Source: an uncultured Thermoleophilia bacterium (GTDB lineage Bacteria; Actinomycetota; Thermoleophilia; UBA2241). Taken from it: a DNA stretch of 64,000 bases. The stretch's first letter is position 1. Every line of letters begins with the position of its first letter. This document shows, one piece after another, positions 63,700-64,000 of this stretch. The notes below the pieces were generated by a model. It was not told where the DNA came from. It saw only the letters and a program-made list of their open reading frames with translations, and made no database searches. The stretch spans positions 128,001 to 192,000 of the forward strand of contig CAVPCT010000004.1 of assembly GCA_963702475.1 (NCBI GenBank), read 5' to 3'. The position numbers were made by a program, and so were the translations under genes.

Positions 63700-64000
63700 T
63701 CACTGGGCCGTGTAGATGAGCGACTCGTTGCCGTCGGCGTCGTACAGCGTGAGCGTCGTGTCGTCCACAGCCACGGACTTCGCGGCGCCGAGCAGCTCGA
63801 GATAGGCGGCCTCCGCCTGCATGTCGGCCTCTGGGCCCGCCATCTTGGTGCTCGCCAGCGGGCCCGCGGAGAAGGCGTCGTCCGGTCCCACGGTGTACGG
63901 CCCGTTGTACTGGTTGACGGCCGCGCTGCCGGCGATCGACCCGTCCTTGAACTCGGCCGTGATCGTGAGATCGTTGGGATCGTGCGCGCTCACGGACCAG
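63700..64000 (-). CDS. META (HslJ-like) domain protein, 5' end outside window
   Basis: ITAEF..GSAAVNQYNG..ASTKMAG..EAAYL..LTL. Confidence 0.75.
   Translation of the reverse strand, partial: WSVSAHDPNDLTITAEFKDGSIAGSAAVNQYNGPYTVGPDDAFSAGPLASTKMAGPEADMQAEAAYLELLGAAKSVAVDDTTLTLYDADGNESLIYTAQ

Overview
High-GC window, most likely from an anaerobic actinobacterium (Thermoleophilia-like; inferred from PimA/PimB'-type glycosyltransferases plus strict-anaerobe enzymes). Positions ~1-58.6 kb form a large amine/amino-acid catabolic region ending at a tRNA-Asp. It holds hutU coupled to a KorDAB-type oxidoreductase, a hutH with an Ala-Cys-Gly MIO motif, IorAB, and a carnitine-type module (BKACE, a DddD-like double CoA-transferase, carnitine dehydrogenase). 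It also holds eight MttB-superfamily methyltransferases with one corrinoid protein and a URO-D/MtaA-like protein, two cytoplasmic molybdopterin oxidoreductases, four family-5 ABC binding proteins, and three tandem-HTH IclR regulators with a recurring 16-bp operator-like motif. One mttB has an in-frame TAG exactly at the pyrrolysine position and lies directly downstream of a ~100-codon MtbB-like remnant that also keeps the Pyl TAG. No pylTSBCD genes are in the window. Many genes carry 1-bp frameshifts, probably long-read indel errors. All calls come from motif reading and recalled family knowledge; no database searches were run.
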